Source: Spirogloea muscicola (Eukaryota). From it: a DNA stretch of 57,692 nucleotides. Of this stretch, positions 45,139 to 57,692 are shown piece by piece. Both the position numbers and the translations under genes were made by a program. Position 1 is the stretch's first letter. Each line of letters opens with the position of its first letter. Below the pieces are notes generated by a model. It was given only the letters and a program-made list of their open reading frames with translations. It was not told the origin of the DNA and searched no databases. The DNA is taken from NCBI GenBank assembly GCA_009602725.1, contig WELB01000007.1:628647-686338 (forward strand), in the 5' to 3' direction.

Positions 45139-48100
45139 TCACCTCTTGCTTACTTGCTGCATGTTGCTCATGATGTCGGCCAAAACCTTATTGACAACTT
45201 CCGATATGTTCTCCCACACGATCGGCTTGCTCAAATAACCACTAAGCCCTGCTTCCTCGATCTCCACAGTCAGGACGTCAGCTGTGAGGGCGTAAATTGG
45301 TATCGACTTTGCTGGACCTGGAAGTTGACGGATGAGCTTCGTGGCGCTCAGACCATCCAAGACGGGCATCTGGACATCCATGAGGACTATATCAAAACTC
45401 TCCCTCTGCACGGCTTCAAGAGCAAGTTGGCCATTGCCCACTAAAGTCACCTGAGACATGGATAGAACAATTTGTGTATTAGTGTCTGCGATTGTCCTTG
45501 TTCAATAGGCGATAAAGGCTCCCTGCAAAGAGTTCGTCTACTGTGACAAAGTAGGCCCACCGTTGTTCCTCAAGTGATGATGTTATGATTACTGCGCAGA
45601 GTTCGTTTCTCATGGCAGGTCTGCCATGAGAAACTAGCCTGAAAAGCAAGCCTGGCGTGTGTATCTCCGGTCTTTGCAAGCACTCTTGAGCTAGCAGAAG
45701 CACTCTTTACTGAAAACCTTCACAAGCATTGCATTACTTATGGAGCATAGGAAAGAGCACAAGCCTTGTGGCCGTAATGCTTGAGGATGCGTTGAATGAG
45801 AAGCTGGTTGACTTTGTTGTCTTCGGCCACCAGCACCCTCAGTTGGCCATCTTCTCCAAGAGGAACGGGCCTAGGCGACTTAGCGCGCAGCTCCTTGCTG
45901 GTGAGGGGGGCCTTGTCAAGAGCACTCTCGGCAGGCCCAGTCACCTTCTCCGGCTCCTCTGCCAGAGCCAGCGGAACAGTCACCCGGAAGGTGCTGCCTA
46001 CCCCAACTTCGCTTTCTGCTTCGATCATCCCGCCCATGAGCCCGAGCAAGCCTTTGGAGATGGCCAGCCCGAGGTGTGCGCCAGTGCCCCTTACTCCCAC
46101 CTGCTTCTCTGACTCATGAAACAGCCTCTGGAGGTGCTCTGGATCGATGCCGCAGCCTGTGTCGGACACGCTTATCTCAAACCAGACGTGCTTGTCCTCC
46201 GGCTCAAGCTCCTCGACTGTGGCCTCCCATGTCTGCTGGCACTCAAAAGTGCCCTGCTCTTGCTGCTGCCTCAACCACTGCCTCTTCCACTGCAGCTGCT
46301 CCTCCCTCCTCCTCCTCTCCTCCACTCCTTCAGCACTACTGGCCCACTCCTTGTCGAGCTCCATCGTGACCTTCCCATTCACCTCAGTTTCTGGAGCAGT
46401 GCTACCAGAGTTGGCGTGCAGTTGGGACGACTGCCTCTTTCTGGTCCGAGGCGGCTTCTTCACACCCCAGTCCGCTGTAGGCATGATTTTTGCAGTACCT
46501 ATTGAGTTGGAGGGGTCTTGACATGGACTTCTACCGGGGCTGGGGTTGTCTTGCATGATACCTTGCTGCCCAATGCTGCTGTCCTCCATCTGCACAAAAC
46601 CACGTGATTTAAAGTGGCTCCTGCTTATGACATCTCTGTCAGAAGCAGCGGCCACACCTCCTTGTCTGCTCCCACAAACGTGATCATCGCACCACTGAGT
46701 GACACGCCCCTGAATGACAGCATCAGGGTGCAGAGCCTCCGACATCTGCACGTCTTTGCAACTAGCTGGAGACATGCTCTCATCCAAGCAGCTGTCGTCT
46801 TCAACTCGTGGCACAATGCTCGCTCCTTCAGCTGGGGTGAGGGAGATGTCCAGCCTGAGTGACTCAGCTGGGTGAGATGGGCTGACAGAGGCTGGGCTGG
46901 AGGTAGTAGAACAAGGTGAGGAGGAGCTGCCCATTGTCTGCGTGGATGCTGACCGCGTGAGAAGACTGCCAAGCTGGCCAGAGGCAGACAGTGGGAACGA
47001 CTTGGAGGCTGGAGGCTCAGTGCCAGGGCTGCCGTTGGCAGGACTGCCTGGCACAACAGGTGAGTATGTTCTGCCCCAGATCCCACGAGCAGTAGAATTT
47101 TGGATCTTGGAATGCAGATCAGAGGGGGTTGACGTCTTCACCCACGTGATGGAAATAGTGCCCCGACTGGTGAACTTGACTGCATTGCTGACCAGATTGA
47201 CGAGTATCTGACCATATTGCAAGCACACATATCCATCAGGAAGGAGCACACACTGCCAATTGTAACTCCACTTGCACTTCGAGACATCTGGCCACCTACT
47301 TCAGAGAAGAAAAGGTTACGCTATGAATGAAGCATCACCTGCTTCATGCGTACAGGATCCCCGCGGAGGGCCACCAGATCTTGTGGAGGATACTGGACCT
47401 TCAATTTCAGCTGCTTCTCCTCCAGGTCAAATTGGAACAGGCTCTGCACCTGCACACGTTGAGGTGAATAAGGGAATGTGAGTCACATGGTCTCTTCACT
47501 GCCATGCCGTAACATCCTTTCACTGCCCTTTACTGTGCCTCTAAATTTCTGGTGGAGAATGGCAGCGAATACTTCAGAGTGGGTGTCTTCCACCAGGCTG
47601 ATGAAGCAACAGGGCTTTGCTGACAAGCAGCCATGAAGCATAGTTCTACACCACACATCTGCATTCCCTTGTCAACCTGATCCAACAGGTCGCCCGCGTG
47701 GAAGTCAATGTCTTCCAGTAAGAGGCGACCAGCCTCCAGCTTGCAGTAGTCTAAGATATTATTGATGACGGTCATGAGGCCTTCCGCTGAGCTTTGCATG
47801 ACAACGACAAGGCCCATCTGTTCCTGAGCCAAAGGTGTCAACTTCAGCAAGTCCAGCATGCCCAAAACACCTGCACATGTAAGAGGGCTAACCTTAGCAG
47901 GAATAGAGAACACCTCCACCCAGACAATCACATCGCAGCATGAGCTAGCCTCAACATGTTTGGTTGTTTTCCTGATCTTATCAAGCTTGCAGAAGGCAAA
48001 CATCATGACAATGACTCTTCAAGCTGTGGAAGAAGAGCAGAGTACGTCTCTGAGCAACCTCACCTGTCATGGGAGTCCGAAGCTCGTGACTCATTGTCGC

Positions 48101-50180
48101 CAGGAACTGAGACTTCCCCTTATTGGCCGCAACAATGACATTTTGTGCATCTCTTTCTGCCGTGAAGTCCTCAAACAACCATAGGCGGCCATGTACAGCA
48201 CTGGAGCTACCGCTGACCGGGTAGCTCTGCACATGAAGTACCCTTCTCGGCTCCTTCAGCACCCATTCCTCATTGATAATGGAGTTCTGCTGGCCAGCCA
48301 CGGCCATAAACCATCTGCACAGCCATGCATAAAACGCCTTACAGCAGACCCAAATGGATCATATAGCAGATCTGGAAGAGGATGACCATCTAATGCAGGT
48401 GGTCTCACTGCGATGGAACCTGCACACTGTAGTATTCCACTAGCAAGGAGGTCACACAGATTGCAATGTACATTCGCTGACCCGTAGTAACGCTGCCCTT
48501 GCCATAGTGACTACATGCTGCTCCTACTTAGAAGACACCTATTATGGAACTGCTGTGAGACCTCAACAGACATTGACATCGGCAGGACACGACTGAGAGA
48601 AGATCTGTAGGCACACTACCTTTGTACGTCAGAGCGAGTGCCACTGCGTTCTGCAAGATTGCGCATGGAATTGGCAACCACCAGTGGATCCACCTCACCA
48701 AAGTACGATAGCTGCAGGAGCTGCGCAGCGGCTGGATTGACAACCACCTGCTGCAGGTCATCGTCCACGAAGACAACTGCCTGGGGCATCCTTTTCAGAA
48801 TGGCATCGAACTGGCGAGCAAGACGCTCTCCCTTGCGAGCGTAAGTGCGATTCGCAAGAAGGAGGGGGAAAGAATGCACAGCTTGACTTATTAGGTCCAC
48901 TGCTGTGCTGGGGATGGCTTTTGAGTTGGTCCACAGAGCATAGCAGATGCCATCAAAGCTTTCACAACAGCACAGACGAAATGCAACCCAATCAACTTGG
49001 AGAGAGGAATGCCCAGTATTGTCCTAGAAACTCATGGCAATACAAGTAACACAAGTGCGACAACAAGCCCTGCTGCACTGGAAGAGTCTTGACCTCCACA
49101 GCCCCACAGGAAGACATCAAGCAAGATGTTGATGAGTAATATAAGTTTCTTGCTAATATATTGGGGGCTGTGAGTGCCAGTCTGAACGAATTGAGCAGGT
49201 ATCTGGTCAAAGTGGCACTCACCCTTCCTCGAGGCTGAAGGTCCGCGCAAGGAAGCATACCACATTCCTCCCCAGAGCAGCTGTCACCTCGTCCGCAATG
49301 TGCACCTCCTTGGCATTGACAACCTGCGGGTGATGGCACTCAAGCAGTGAGGTCGTGAAGACCATCACGACATGATAGGAGGCGTCTTGACTGCCAGTGC
49401 ATACACATGCAGCAACGCATAGTAGCTACTGCAAAGACGTGCAACCTTTATCTGGGCCTGTGGCTCCCTGCAACTACTTTTGTGACTACATTTGCAACAC
49501 TCTGCAAGACCTGTCAAATGCTGATGGAGCAAAGATCAACAGCAGTGCTGAGACTTGAGTAAGCAGGGACCTCTACACTGACCTCTACACTGTCTCGTAT
49601 CGTGTTGTGGAAACCTTAGCCTCTGCTTCTCTAGTCAGACAGAAGCGAGAGAAGGGCGTGGCGTGCAGGCAATCGGCGGTACCTGGCCGGTGGCCAGGCT
49701 GAGCAGGTTGTCCTCGTACGTCACAACGTCCGGCATCATGCCCTTAGGCGCACACAGGATGGTCTCGAGGTGCCGGCTGCAGCGCTGGATGGCGGCGACG
49801 ACCACGGCGTCGGCGACGAGGGACGTGGCCAGGATCTGGAGGACCGACTGCGGGAGGTAGAAGGAGACGGCACCGGGCGACTGCGGCGGCGTGTCGACGC
49901 CGAGGAGCTTGCGGACGTGAACGCCGGCGCCGCCGGCACCGCCCTTGCCGTCAGCGGCGGCCTCCGGCGGCTTGGGCTGGGCGACCAGGCGCAGGAACTC
50001 GCCGAGCGTGCCCTCCGCCACCGCGCACCCGGAGCCCACGCTGCCGCCGGCGGCGGCGGCGGCGACGGCGCCGCTCCATGCGGCGGCATCTGCGCCGGTC
50101 TCGGTGTAGGGCACATGCAAGCCGCGCCCGATGTCGCCGACGGCGTTCAGCTGGCTGCCGTAGAGCAGCGCGGAGGCCAT
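45139..50180 (-). CDS. Hybrid sensor histidine kinase (PAS-like, HisKA, HATPase with long insertion, receiver)
   Basis: PAS-like ILKRMPQAVVFVD..VNPAAAQLL; H-box KSQFLATMSHELRTPMTG; INNILDYCKLEAG; RGDPVRMKQILVNLVSNAVKFT; VSDTGCGI; LGLAISKGLLGLMGG..GVGSTF; receiver VLVAEDNKVNQ, DIVLMDVQMP, ALTA, YLSKP. The start codon is tentative because it is close to the gap. Confidence 0.95.
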
Positions 50181-50263
50181 GGCAGCGAGCCAGGCGGCGC
50201 CAGCGGAAGCGAGCCTCGGAGCCCGGAGGCGGCCTCCGTCACGCCGCCGCCGCCGTCGCCGCC

Positions 50264-51245
50264 NNNNNNNNNNNNNNNNNNNNNNNNNNNNNNNNNNNNN
50301 NNNNNNNNNNNNNNNNNNNNNNNNNNNNNNNNNNNNNNNNNNNNNNNNNNNNNNNNNNNNNNNNNNNNNNNNNNNNNNNNNNNNNNNNNNNNNNNNNNNN
50401 NNNNNNNNNNNNNNNNNNNNNNNNNNNNNNNNNNNNNNNNNNNNNNNNNNNNNNNNNNNNNNNNNNNNNNNNNNNNNNNNNNNNNNNNNNNNNNNNNNNN
50501 NNNNNNNNNNNNNNNNNNNNNNNNNNNNNNNNNNNNNNNNNNNNNNNNNNNNNNNNNNNNNNNNNNNNNNNNNNNNNNNNNNNNNNNNNNNNNNNNNNNN
50601 NNNNNNNNNNNNNNNNNNNNNNNNNNNNNNNNNNNNNNNNNNNNNNNNNNNNNNNNNNNNNNNNNNNNNNNNNNNNNNNNNNNNNNNNNNNNNNNNNNNN
50701 NNNNNNNNNNNNNNNNNNNNNNNNNNNNNNNNNNNNNNNNNNNNNNNNNNNNNNNNNNNNNNNNNNNNNNNNNNNNNNNNNNNNNNNNNNNNNNNNNNNN
50801 NNNNNNNNNNNNNNNNNNNNNNNNNNNNNNNNNNNNNNNNNNNNNNNNNNNNNNNNNNNNNNNNNNNNNNNNNNNNNNNNNNNNNNNNNNNNNNNNNNNN
50901 NNNNNNNNNNNNNNNNNNNNNNNNNNNNNNNNNNNNNNNNNNNNNNNNNNNNNNNNNNNNNNNNNNNNNNNNNNNNNNNNNNNNNNNNNNNNNNNNNNNN
51001 NNNNNNNNNNNNNNNNNNNNNNNNNNNNNNNNNNNNNNNNNNNNNNNNNNNNNNNNNNNNNNNNNNNNNNNNNNNNNNNNNNNNNNNNNNNNNNNNNNNN
51101 NNNNNNNNNNNNNNNNNNNNNNNNNNNNNNNNNNNNNNNNNNNNNNNNNNNNNNNNNNNNNNNNNNNNNNNNNNNNNNNNNNNNNNNNNNNNNNNNNNNN
51201 NNNNNNNNNNNNNNNNNNNNNNNNNNNNNNNNNNNNNNNNNNNNN
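50264..51245. other. Assembly gap (N run) over the kinase/MO25 head-to-head promoter
   Basis: N tract. Confidence 1.
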
Positions 51246-51325
51246 GGCGCCGCCGTCGCCGCCGCCGCGGCGCCGCCTGCGGGAGCGAGCCTAGGCTGGC
51301 GCAAGGGGCCGGCGGAGGCGCCGCG

Positions 51326-54300
51326 ATGAAGGGCCTGTTCAAGCACAAGCCCAAGGGCCCCGCGGAGCTCGTGCGCGCCACGCGCGACCTGCTGCAGGGC
51401 CTGGACGCCGCGGCGGCGGCGGCGGCGCCGAGGGACCCCAAGCTGGCCGAGAAGGTGCGCCGCCGCCGCTGTTCTCACCTTCGCTGGCCGCCGGCCGACG
51501 AGCCGGCGACGTCTCGGGGCGACGACGCGCCGCGGAGTGGCGAGCTGACGAGAACGAGGCCTGGCTTGCCGTTCGGTCCCATGGCCGACTGCGGCGTCGA
51601 TGGCGGCGGCGGGGGCGGGGCAGGCGGCGGAGGAGCTGGCGAAGCACGTGTACGAGCTCAAGGTGCAGCTGTACGGCGACACGGAGACGAGCCCTAGCCC
51701 GGACATCGTGGCGCAGCTCACCACCGAGGCATTCCGCGACAACTTCGTGCGCATGGTCATCCTCGGCCTCCCGCGCATGGAGTACGAGGTGCGCGCGCCG
51801 CACGAGGCCCACATTGCTAACTGGGCGCCGTTTGTCAGCCCTCGTCACTGTGCTGTCCGGCCATGGCGGTGGCACAAGGCCGTGGGCTGTGGCGCTGCGT
51901 GGTGGGCTGGGGCGCTGCATGACGATGGTTGCCTCCACTGGCTGGCAACTGCTGCTGGCCGCCGCTGCAGACGCGCCGGGACGCGACACAGGTACTGGCG
52001 AGCCTCATGCGGCAGCAGGTGAACTCGCGCTACATCGCGTCCGACTACCTCAGCCGGAATTGCGACTTGCTCGATCTCCTGCTCCTTGGGTGAGTCGCAC
52101 GGGCGCCTCCGGCTCGAAAGCCAGGGCGAAGGAGCGAGCTTGTCAATGTCCGAGTGCTCATTTGAATTGAGCCGAGCTTGAGCAGTGCATGACCTGCTTT
52201 GAGTGCTGGACTGAAGGGGACGACTGCGTGCTGCCGCCCGGTGCGTAGCGCTTGCGTGCTCGCCACCAATGCCGAGGGCTTTTGCTGCGGGCGGGCAGGT
52301 ACGAGCGGCAGGACCTGGCATTGCTCTACGGGAGCACTCTGCGAGACGCCGTCCGTCACCAGGCGGCCGCCAAGTTAGCGCCTGGAGTTGCTCGGGCCCA
52401 GGGCTCTGCTGCATCTTGCCAAGCTGGCCCCCCCCATGTCGATATCATATGAATCTGAAGGTAACGTGATCAATTCAAGGGCGTTGCTGCATTGCTGCGT
52501 GGGCAGGTGCGTGCTGGACTCGCCAAACTTTGAGAGGCTCTTCACGTACATCCAGCTGCCCAACTTCGACGTTGCGTCAGATGCAGTTGCGACCTTCAAG
52601 GTGGAGTCTGCCTGCTGTTGCTCGTCAGCTAAGCTTTCGATGTAGCAAGTCAGCCTCCAGCTCCACAATCGATGCACGCTGCAGGCACAGGAGCCTCCTG
52701 AGCTGATTCACACCTGCATTATCTTGCCATTCTCATGCGGTTGCAGGACCTCCTGACGCGGCATCGCTCGACGGTACAGGACTTCCTGACACGACGCTAC
52801 GACTGGGTGGGCAATGCAATTTTCCTAGCCAACTGCCTGTTGTAATAGCCAGAGCCGGCGCGAGGTTGACAGGAACGTGGCCATTTTGGGTCTTACCAAT
52901 TGATGACTCCAGCTTGATCAGCACCAACATGGCTGGTTGCAGTTCTTCGAGCGCTTCAACAAGCTGCTCGAGTCCCCAGAGTATATAATTCGTCGCCAGA
53001 TGACTGAGGTGATGACATGCACCAAGCGCGTACTCCAGGCGCATCACTTACACGTTCTATCTTCCTTCCATGCTGACGTGGCACCAGCCTCTAGCAGCCA
53101 ATTCTTCCTGCACTAATTGACTTCAGCTACCGTTGAATGGGAAGATTTCCTCCTTGCCAGATTGTACACTGTGCTTCTCTATGCCTCCCGTGTCTTACAG
53201 TCGGAGAGCAGACAAGATCAGGCCTCTAACCCAGCCGCTACTGCGCTCTCGGGCATGTCAGCTTCTTGCAGACATGCTCTCCAACAAGGCAAACATCAAC
53301 GTCGTGGTGCAATACGTGCAGAGCCTTGCCAACCTCCGCATCCTCATGAATCTCCTGAAGGTCTGCACATTCCGAGTGCTATTCTATAGGGAGCTCCTGA
53401 GCCATGAGCTTCGGTGTTGCTCTGCCTCTTCTGAACATGGCACCCGTGCAGTCTTGTGCCTCTGCTTTTGTAGCTTACGTCAAAGCTGGTCATCGCAGAC
53501 CTACGAGCGACGGTTGACTACACTGCTGTAGCCCTAGAGAACATGTATGCAGTACCACGTTGGTCCGAGTGTGACAGTTGCTGAGCCATTGTGTGGATGT
53601 TGGTGTAGGACTCGAGCAAGTCCATACAGTTGGAGGCATTTCATGTTTTCAAGGTCGTGCAGACACCCTCACTCCTTCTAGAGCAGCACAGATGGCTTTG
53701 TCGACTCCTTGTCCAGCTGAATAAAGGGCATCATCCTTGCTTTGCACACATTGTCTTTCTGGACAAGAGCAGGAGTCTTAACAGGAGGTTCTGTTACTCA
53801 CTTGCTTGAGTGACGATTTCATAATTTCTTGGCTGAGATTGGTGACAACTCAGTCGTAAGTTGAGGAATTGAGGTTGCTAGTCACTGCAAGTTTGTTGAC
53901 ACACATTGCTGACGGGGTTTGAGACGGGGTCGTTTGTAAGACCAATCTTTGGGCGCCAGTCGAGTCTGCTGACAGGTGCTACATGCATCGCAGATCTTTG
54001 TGGCCAACGGTAACAAGCCCCCTGAGGTAGCCAACACGCTGGCAAACAACAAGGAGAAGCTGCTCCGTTTCCTCCAGGACTTCAAGCTTGACAAAGGTTC
54101 TATTCTTTCCTCTTGCTCCAGCTCAGGTTATTTCACTCGCTTTGTCTCCTCTAGGTGCCCAGTTATGCTTGATGACACTTAGTCTGCTGATGTATGTTTG
54201 CATACTGGCACCTGGGTCGGCAGAGAACAAGCAGTTCGAGGAAGACAAAAAGACCGTGATGATTGCAGTTGAACAGCTACCTGCAGTGCATCCTTCCTCA

Positions 54301-54342
54301 TTGCAACGTACAAGCTCCACCAACTTGAACGGGCAGGCATAG
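51326..54342 (+). CDS. MO25: MO25/CAB39-like protein, paralog 2 (MKGLFK type)
   Basis: [93 protein letters not shown]. About 11 exons; stop at 54340-54342. Confidence 0.95.
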
Positions 54343-55053
54343 ACCAGTAGGATGTGGATGATGCTTGAAAGACCAGCTGCAGATTGCAGCTTCTGCAGCA
54401 CAGTGCTGCTTGTACTAGTCTGCTTGCTTGATATCAGCCGATGACCAAGCGATCCGCTTTGCACGACAAGACTTCTAGGTGATGGTGGGAAGCACCAGCA
54501 GGAAACAGGGCGAGTGACATTCAATCGGCTGGCTGCTTGCACGGTGAAAATGTATACGTATGTGTACACTGTAATGTACTTTCTTGGGCTAAAGTTTTCA
54601 CGAGTTTGTTGTACGTACATGCTAGCTTTCTTCAGATGAAGCGGAATGCTGAGAGTAGCTTAGAGGGCAATCTCTTTGATGACGACATGCATCGATGAGC
54701 TCCCTTTCAGCATCTACTTGGACCTGGCATACATTGTATCGAGGTCGTGGCCATTGGCCATCCCCATGGATTCGTCACTGACCGGACGCGGCTTCTTGTA
54801 TGTACTAGTTATTCTGCTAAATATTGAAAGCCAAATATCTAATCTGAAGCCAATTTGTGGTTGGCGGTTGACAACACTATTTGGCCACGCGGTCCTTTCT
54901 ACAAGGCTATGCCTCCTAGTAAGACTCTGTACTACCAAAAACTAGTCAAGCGGATGGCCGGTATTTAATGTGGAGGCACAAATATACTCAACCAAATTGC
55001 ACCTCTAGATGCGAAGGCACAGACGTCTGCCTTAGCTGAAGTAGGCGGACATG

Positions 55054-57477
55054 CTAGCGCTCAAGGAGCCTTGCGTCGTGCGCCAGGGTGTTCCACATGG
55101 CCACCTTCTCCACAGCCGTGCTCCGCTCATCCGACAGTGTCGCCTGCAGCTTTGGCTGGCTCATGAGCCAGTCCTCAGCGTCGAGCCCTGACGGCGACGC
55201 GGCTCGCCGCCATGCCCGGCGCCGCCAACTGGTGTGTGACTTCTTTGCGACGCCAGGCTGCACCACAGCTATGCTACGTGGAGCAAGGAAGGCCGCCGTG
55301 GAAGTGGGATTTGTCAGGCCGAAGTCCTCAGCAGCACACGGGTACTCCAGGCCGACGTTGTCGGATCCGCCACCGGCGCCCGGAAGTGACCACGGCACGT
55401 GGCTGTTCTGCGTGCTTGATCGATGTAGCCGCAGCCCGCGGGAGTGCCAGCAACCCACGTTGGAGGGGCTGAGGGGCGGCGTCGATGATGACACTGTAGA
55501 CGGTGGCGAGCACACTCCGGTGTTGCCAGCGTCGTCTGAGGCAGCCCATGGTTCGTGGGCGCCCTCGTCGTCGGCGTCCTCTGAGCTGGAGTCCACAGAG
55601 TCGAGCGAGAAGGCCCGCAGCTTGGCAAGCCTGGCCAGCTCGTGGAGCCCCCGACGCGGCGTCGACGCCGAGGATGCGGAGCGCGCCTCGTCCGAGCTGC
55701 AACTACCGCTACTGCCGACAAGGGCCACGCATGCCAAGACATTGTCACAAGTGTCAGATGAGAGCATCATGTTATCTTGCTAACTACAGGGGACGACAAC
55801 CACCAGGCTACCAAATGACAAGTATCCTGATAAACGGCACATATTCATTGTACTGCTTGCATCAGTTGTAACAAACCCTTTCAAGGCTGCGCATATAGTG
55901 CACGTTTTCTTGTAGAAAGCAACCCCCAGTCTGGCAGCAAGCAGCCCAGACTGGTCAAGCACGCATGCGCTGCAGCAGGGGCGGCGGTTGTGCTGCCGGG
56001 GAGCTCACTTGTCACTGGATAAAAAGTTGCAGTCATGGTCCACAAGGCACCGGACCTCCTCGGTTCGCAACTTCGGGCTCTGTGGTGCCCTGCATGTACG
56101 CCAATTGAGCCGAGGAAGAGGTCAGCGCCAGCCGGCTTGCTTCGATTCTTTTGCCACTTGCCCGTGCACTCACTCTTCTGACTAGGCTATGCAGCACATC
56201 ACCATATCAGCACATGGTATGCGAAGTACTCATCATATTCCAACAACGATTGAACTCAAAATGGCAATCACGGGCCCATCAGTCTGACAAAAAGCCCTCC
56301 ATATGACTGGCTCCCGGCCCGCTGAGTGCCTTCTCTAATGAGTGCAAGTGCACAGCCGTCAAAGACTGCTGATGCTATCTGTCACTTGGTGGTTAGGCAG
56401 TACGGCGGCAAGGAACGTGGAGAGCCGCCGACACGCTGCGCTCGAGACTTGCCTCACAAGCCTGCTGTGATGCGGCCGAACCGCGTGACTGTATGCAGTA
56501 CGAGAGGCATTGTTGAAGGGCAAGAGATGCCGCAGTGAAGGCAGGCAATGGCGAGGGCCTGACCTGGAGTAGGCGTCCATCTTGTCGTCGAGAGCATCAA
56601 ACGATAGAAGGCCGGTCGCCGGCTTCGGGTGCAGCCGCCGAGCAGCCGAGAAGACGGCACAAGTGGGCAGCGGTGTGGCGGCCGGGCTGTGTCCCTCCGG
56701 CAGCTGCAGCTGGGCCTTGGGGGTGGCCGGCGCTGCCACTGCGACAGCATCCGCGCCTGGCAGCTGGTGAGCGACGGCGGCGGCAGCGGCTCCGAGGGCG
56801 TCCAGCTCCAGTGACGGGCGCGGCAGCGGCGCCTGCCAGCGGCCGTCGTCGTCGGAGCCTGCGGCGGAGGAGCCGTCCTCGTCCATGGCCCACAGCTCTG
56901 GCGAGGGGCCCACAACAGCCTCCTCCGCAGAGCGGCGGCCGTTGCTCCCTCCCTCCTCCCCCCCTTCCTGGCCACCATCTTCCTTCCTCCATGCTTCCTC
57001 TCCGACCCCCTCCCCAGCTGCTGTTGCAGTGCCGCCGGCATCCTCCTCGGGAGGGGCTAGGAGGAGCCCGGAGAGCGGGAGCTCGAAGAGGCTGGTGTCC
57101 ACGGTGCCCGCCTCGCTGCCGCTGCCGCAGCTGTTGCCGTCGCCGCCCTCGTCCGGCTCGCTGCCTTGGTCCTGCTCCGCCACGGAGTCGAGGAGGCGGC
57201 GGCGGGCGATGGAGGCCGGCAGCAGCAGCATGTTGTGGCGGCCGCAGACGTAGAAGTCGAGCCACTTGGAGGCGTAGGAGAGGCCCTCGCTGCCGTCGGC
57301 GACGGCGCAGAGGTGGCACCCCTGGACGTCGCAGCTGGGCTCCTCCGGCGGCAGCCGCCGGGCGGAGAGCTGGAGACCGGCGCGGTCCGCCGAGAGCACG
57401 TCCCGCTGCTCGGGCTGGCCGCCTGCAGTGCGCTCGAACTTGCGCTGGTGGCCCCTCCACCACGAGATGCACGCCAT
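55054..57477 (-). CDS. Hypothetical protein with an N-terminal Cys/His cluster and low-complexity Ser/acidic regions
   Basis: GC-rich first exon from ATG 57477 to a donor at 56563, and a long terminal ORF 55770-55054. Middle exons are unresolved and no family was recognised. Confidence 0.55.
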
Positions 57478-57692
57478 TGCGGAGCCGCCGGCGGGGCGGC
57501 GGCAGCAGCGGAGGGCGTGGCGGAGCCAAATGCAGGAGGGACACGAGCGCGGCCCGGCTGTGGGTCGGCGGCGTGGGCGCTGGGTTGGCGTGGTTGTGTC
57601 AAAGACCTCGGGACGCAAACCGAGAGTGTAGTACCGCCCTGCGGGCCCGGGGCCGGAGGAGCAGCCGGCGGGCGCGGAGGGGGGGGGAAGGG

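Overview
Gene-dense eukaryotic nuclear DNA with many GT-AG introns, extremely GC-rich 5' ends and three N gaps. The gene content (AP2/ERF, DEG7, TITAN-like, two plant-type MO25) points to a green plant lineage, most likely a streptophyte alga (inference). Recognisable genes: CTP synthase, RPL21, a secreted PAN/Apple-like protein, TITAN-like/CCDC84, a DREB-type AP2/ERF, DEG7/Nma111 protease, RsmE, a partial histone H4, two divergently oriented MO25 paralogs and a PAS hybrid histidine kinase, plus two orphan-like genes. The main finding is a decayed Ty3/Gypsy retrotransposon (minus strand, about 21270-25060) whose pol frame carries a DNMT3-like C5 cytosine methyltransferase. I read motifs IV, VI, VIII, IX and X by hand, and they are in the same frame as the pre-RT region. 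The ORF track hides this domain because a 380-bp fragment of an RLE-type (CRE-like) non-LTR element interrupts it. That fragment is flanked by a 6-bp direct repeat, and removing it restores the frame. Intergenic spacers hold at least 10 truncated copies of this non-LTR family and about 14 copies of a conserved stem-loop motif. Exon boundaries were read by eye and no database search was run.
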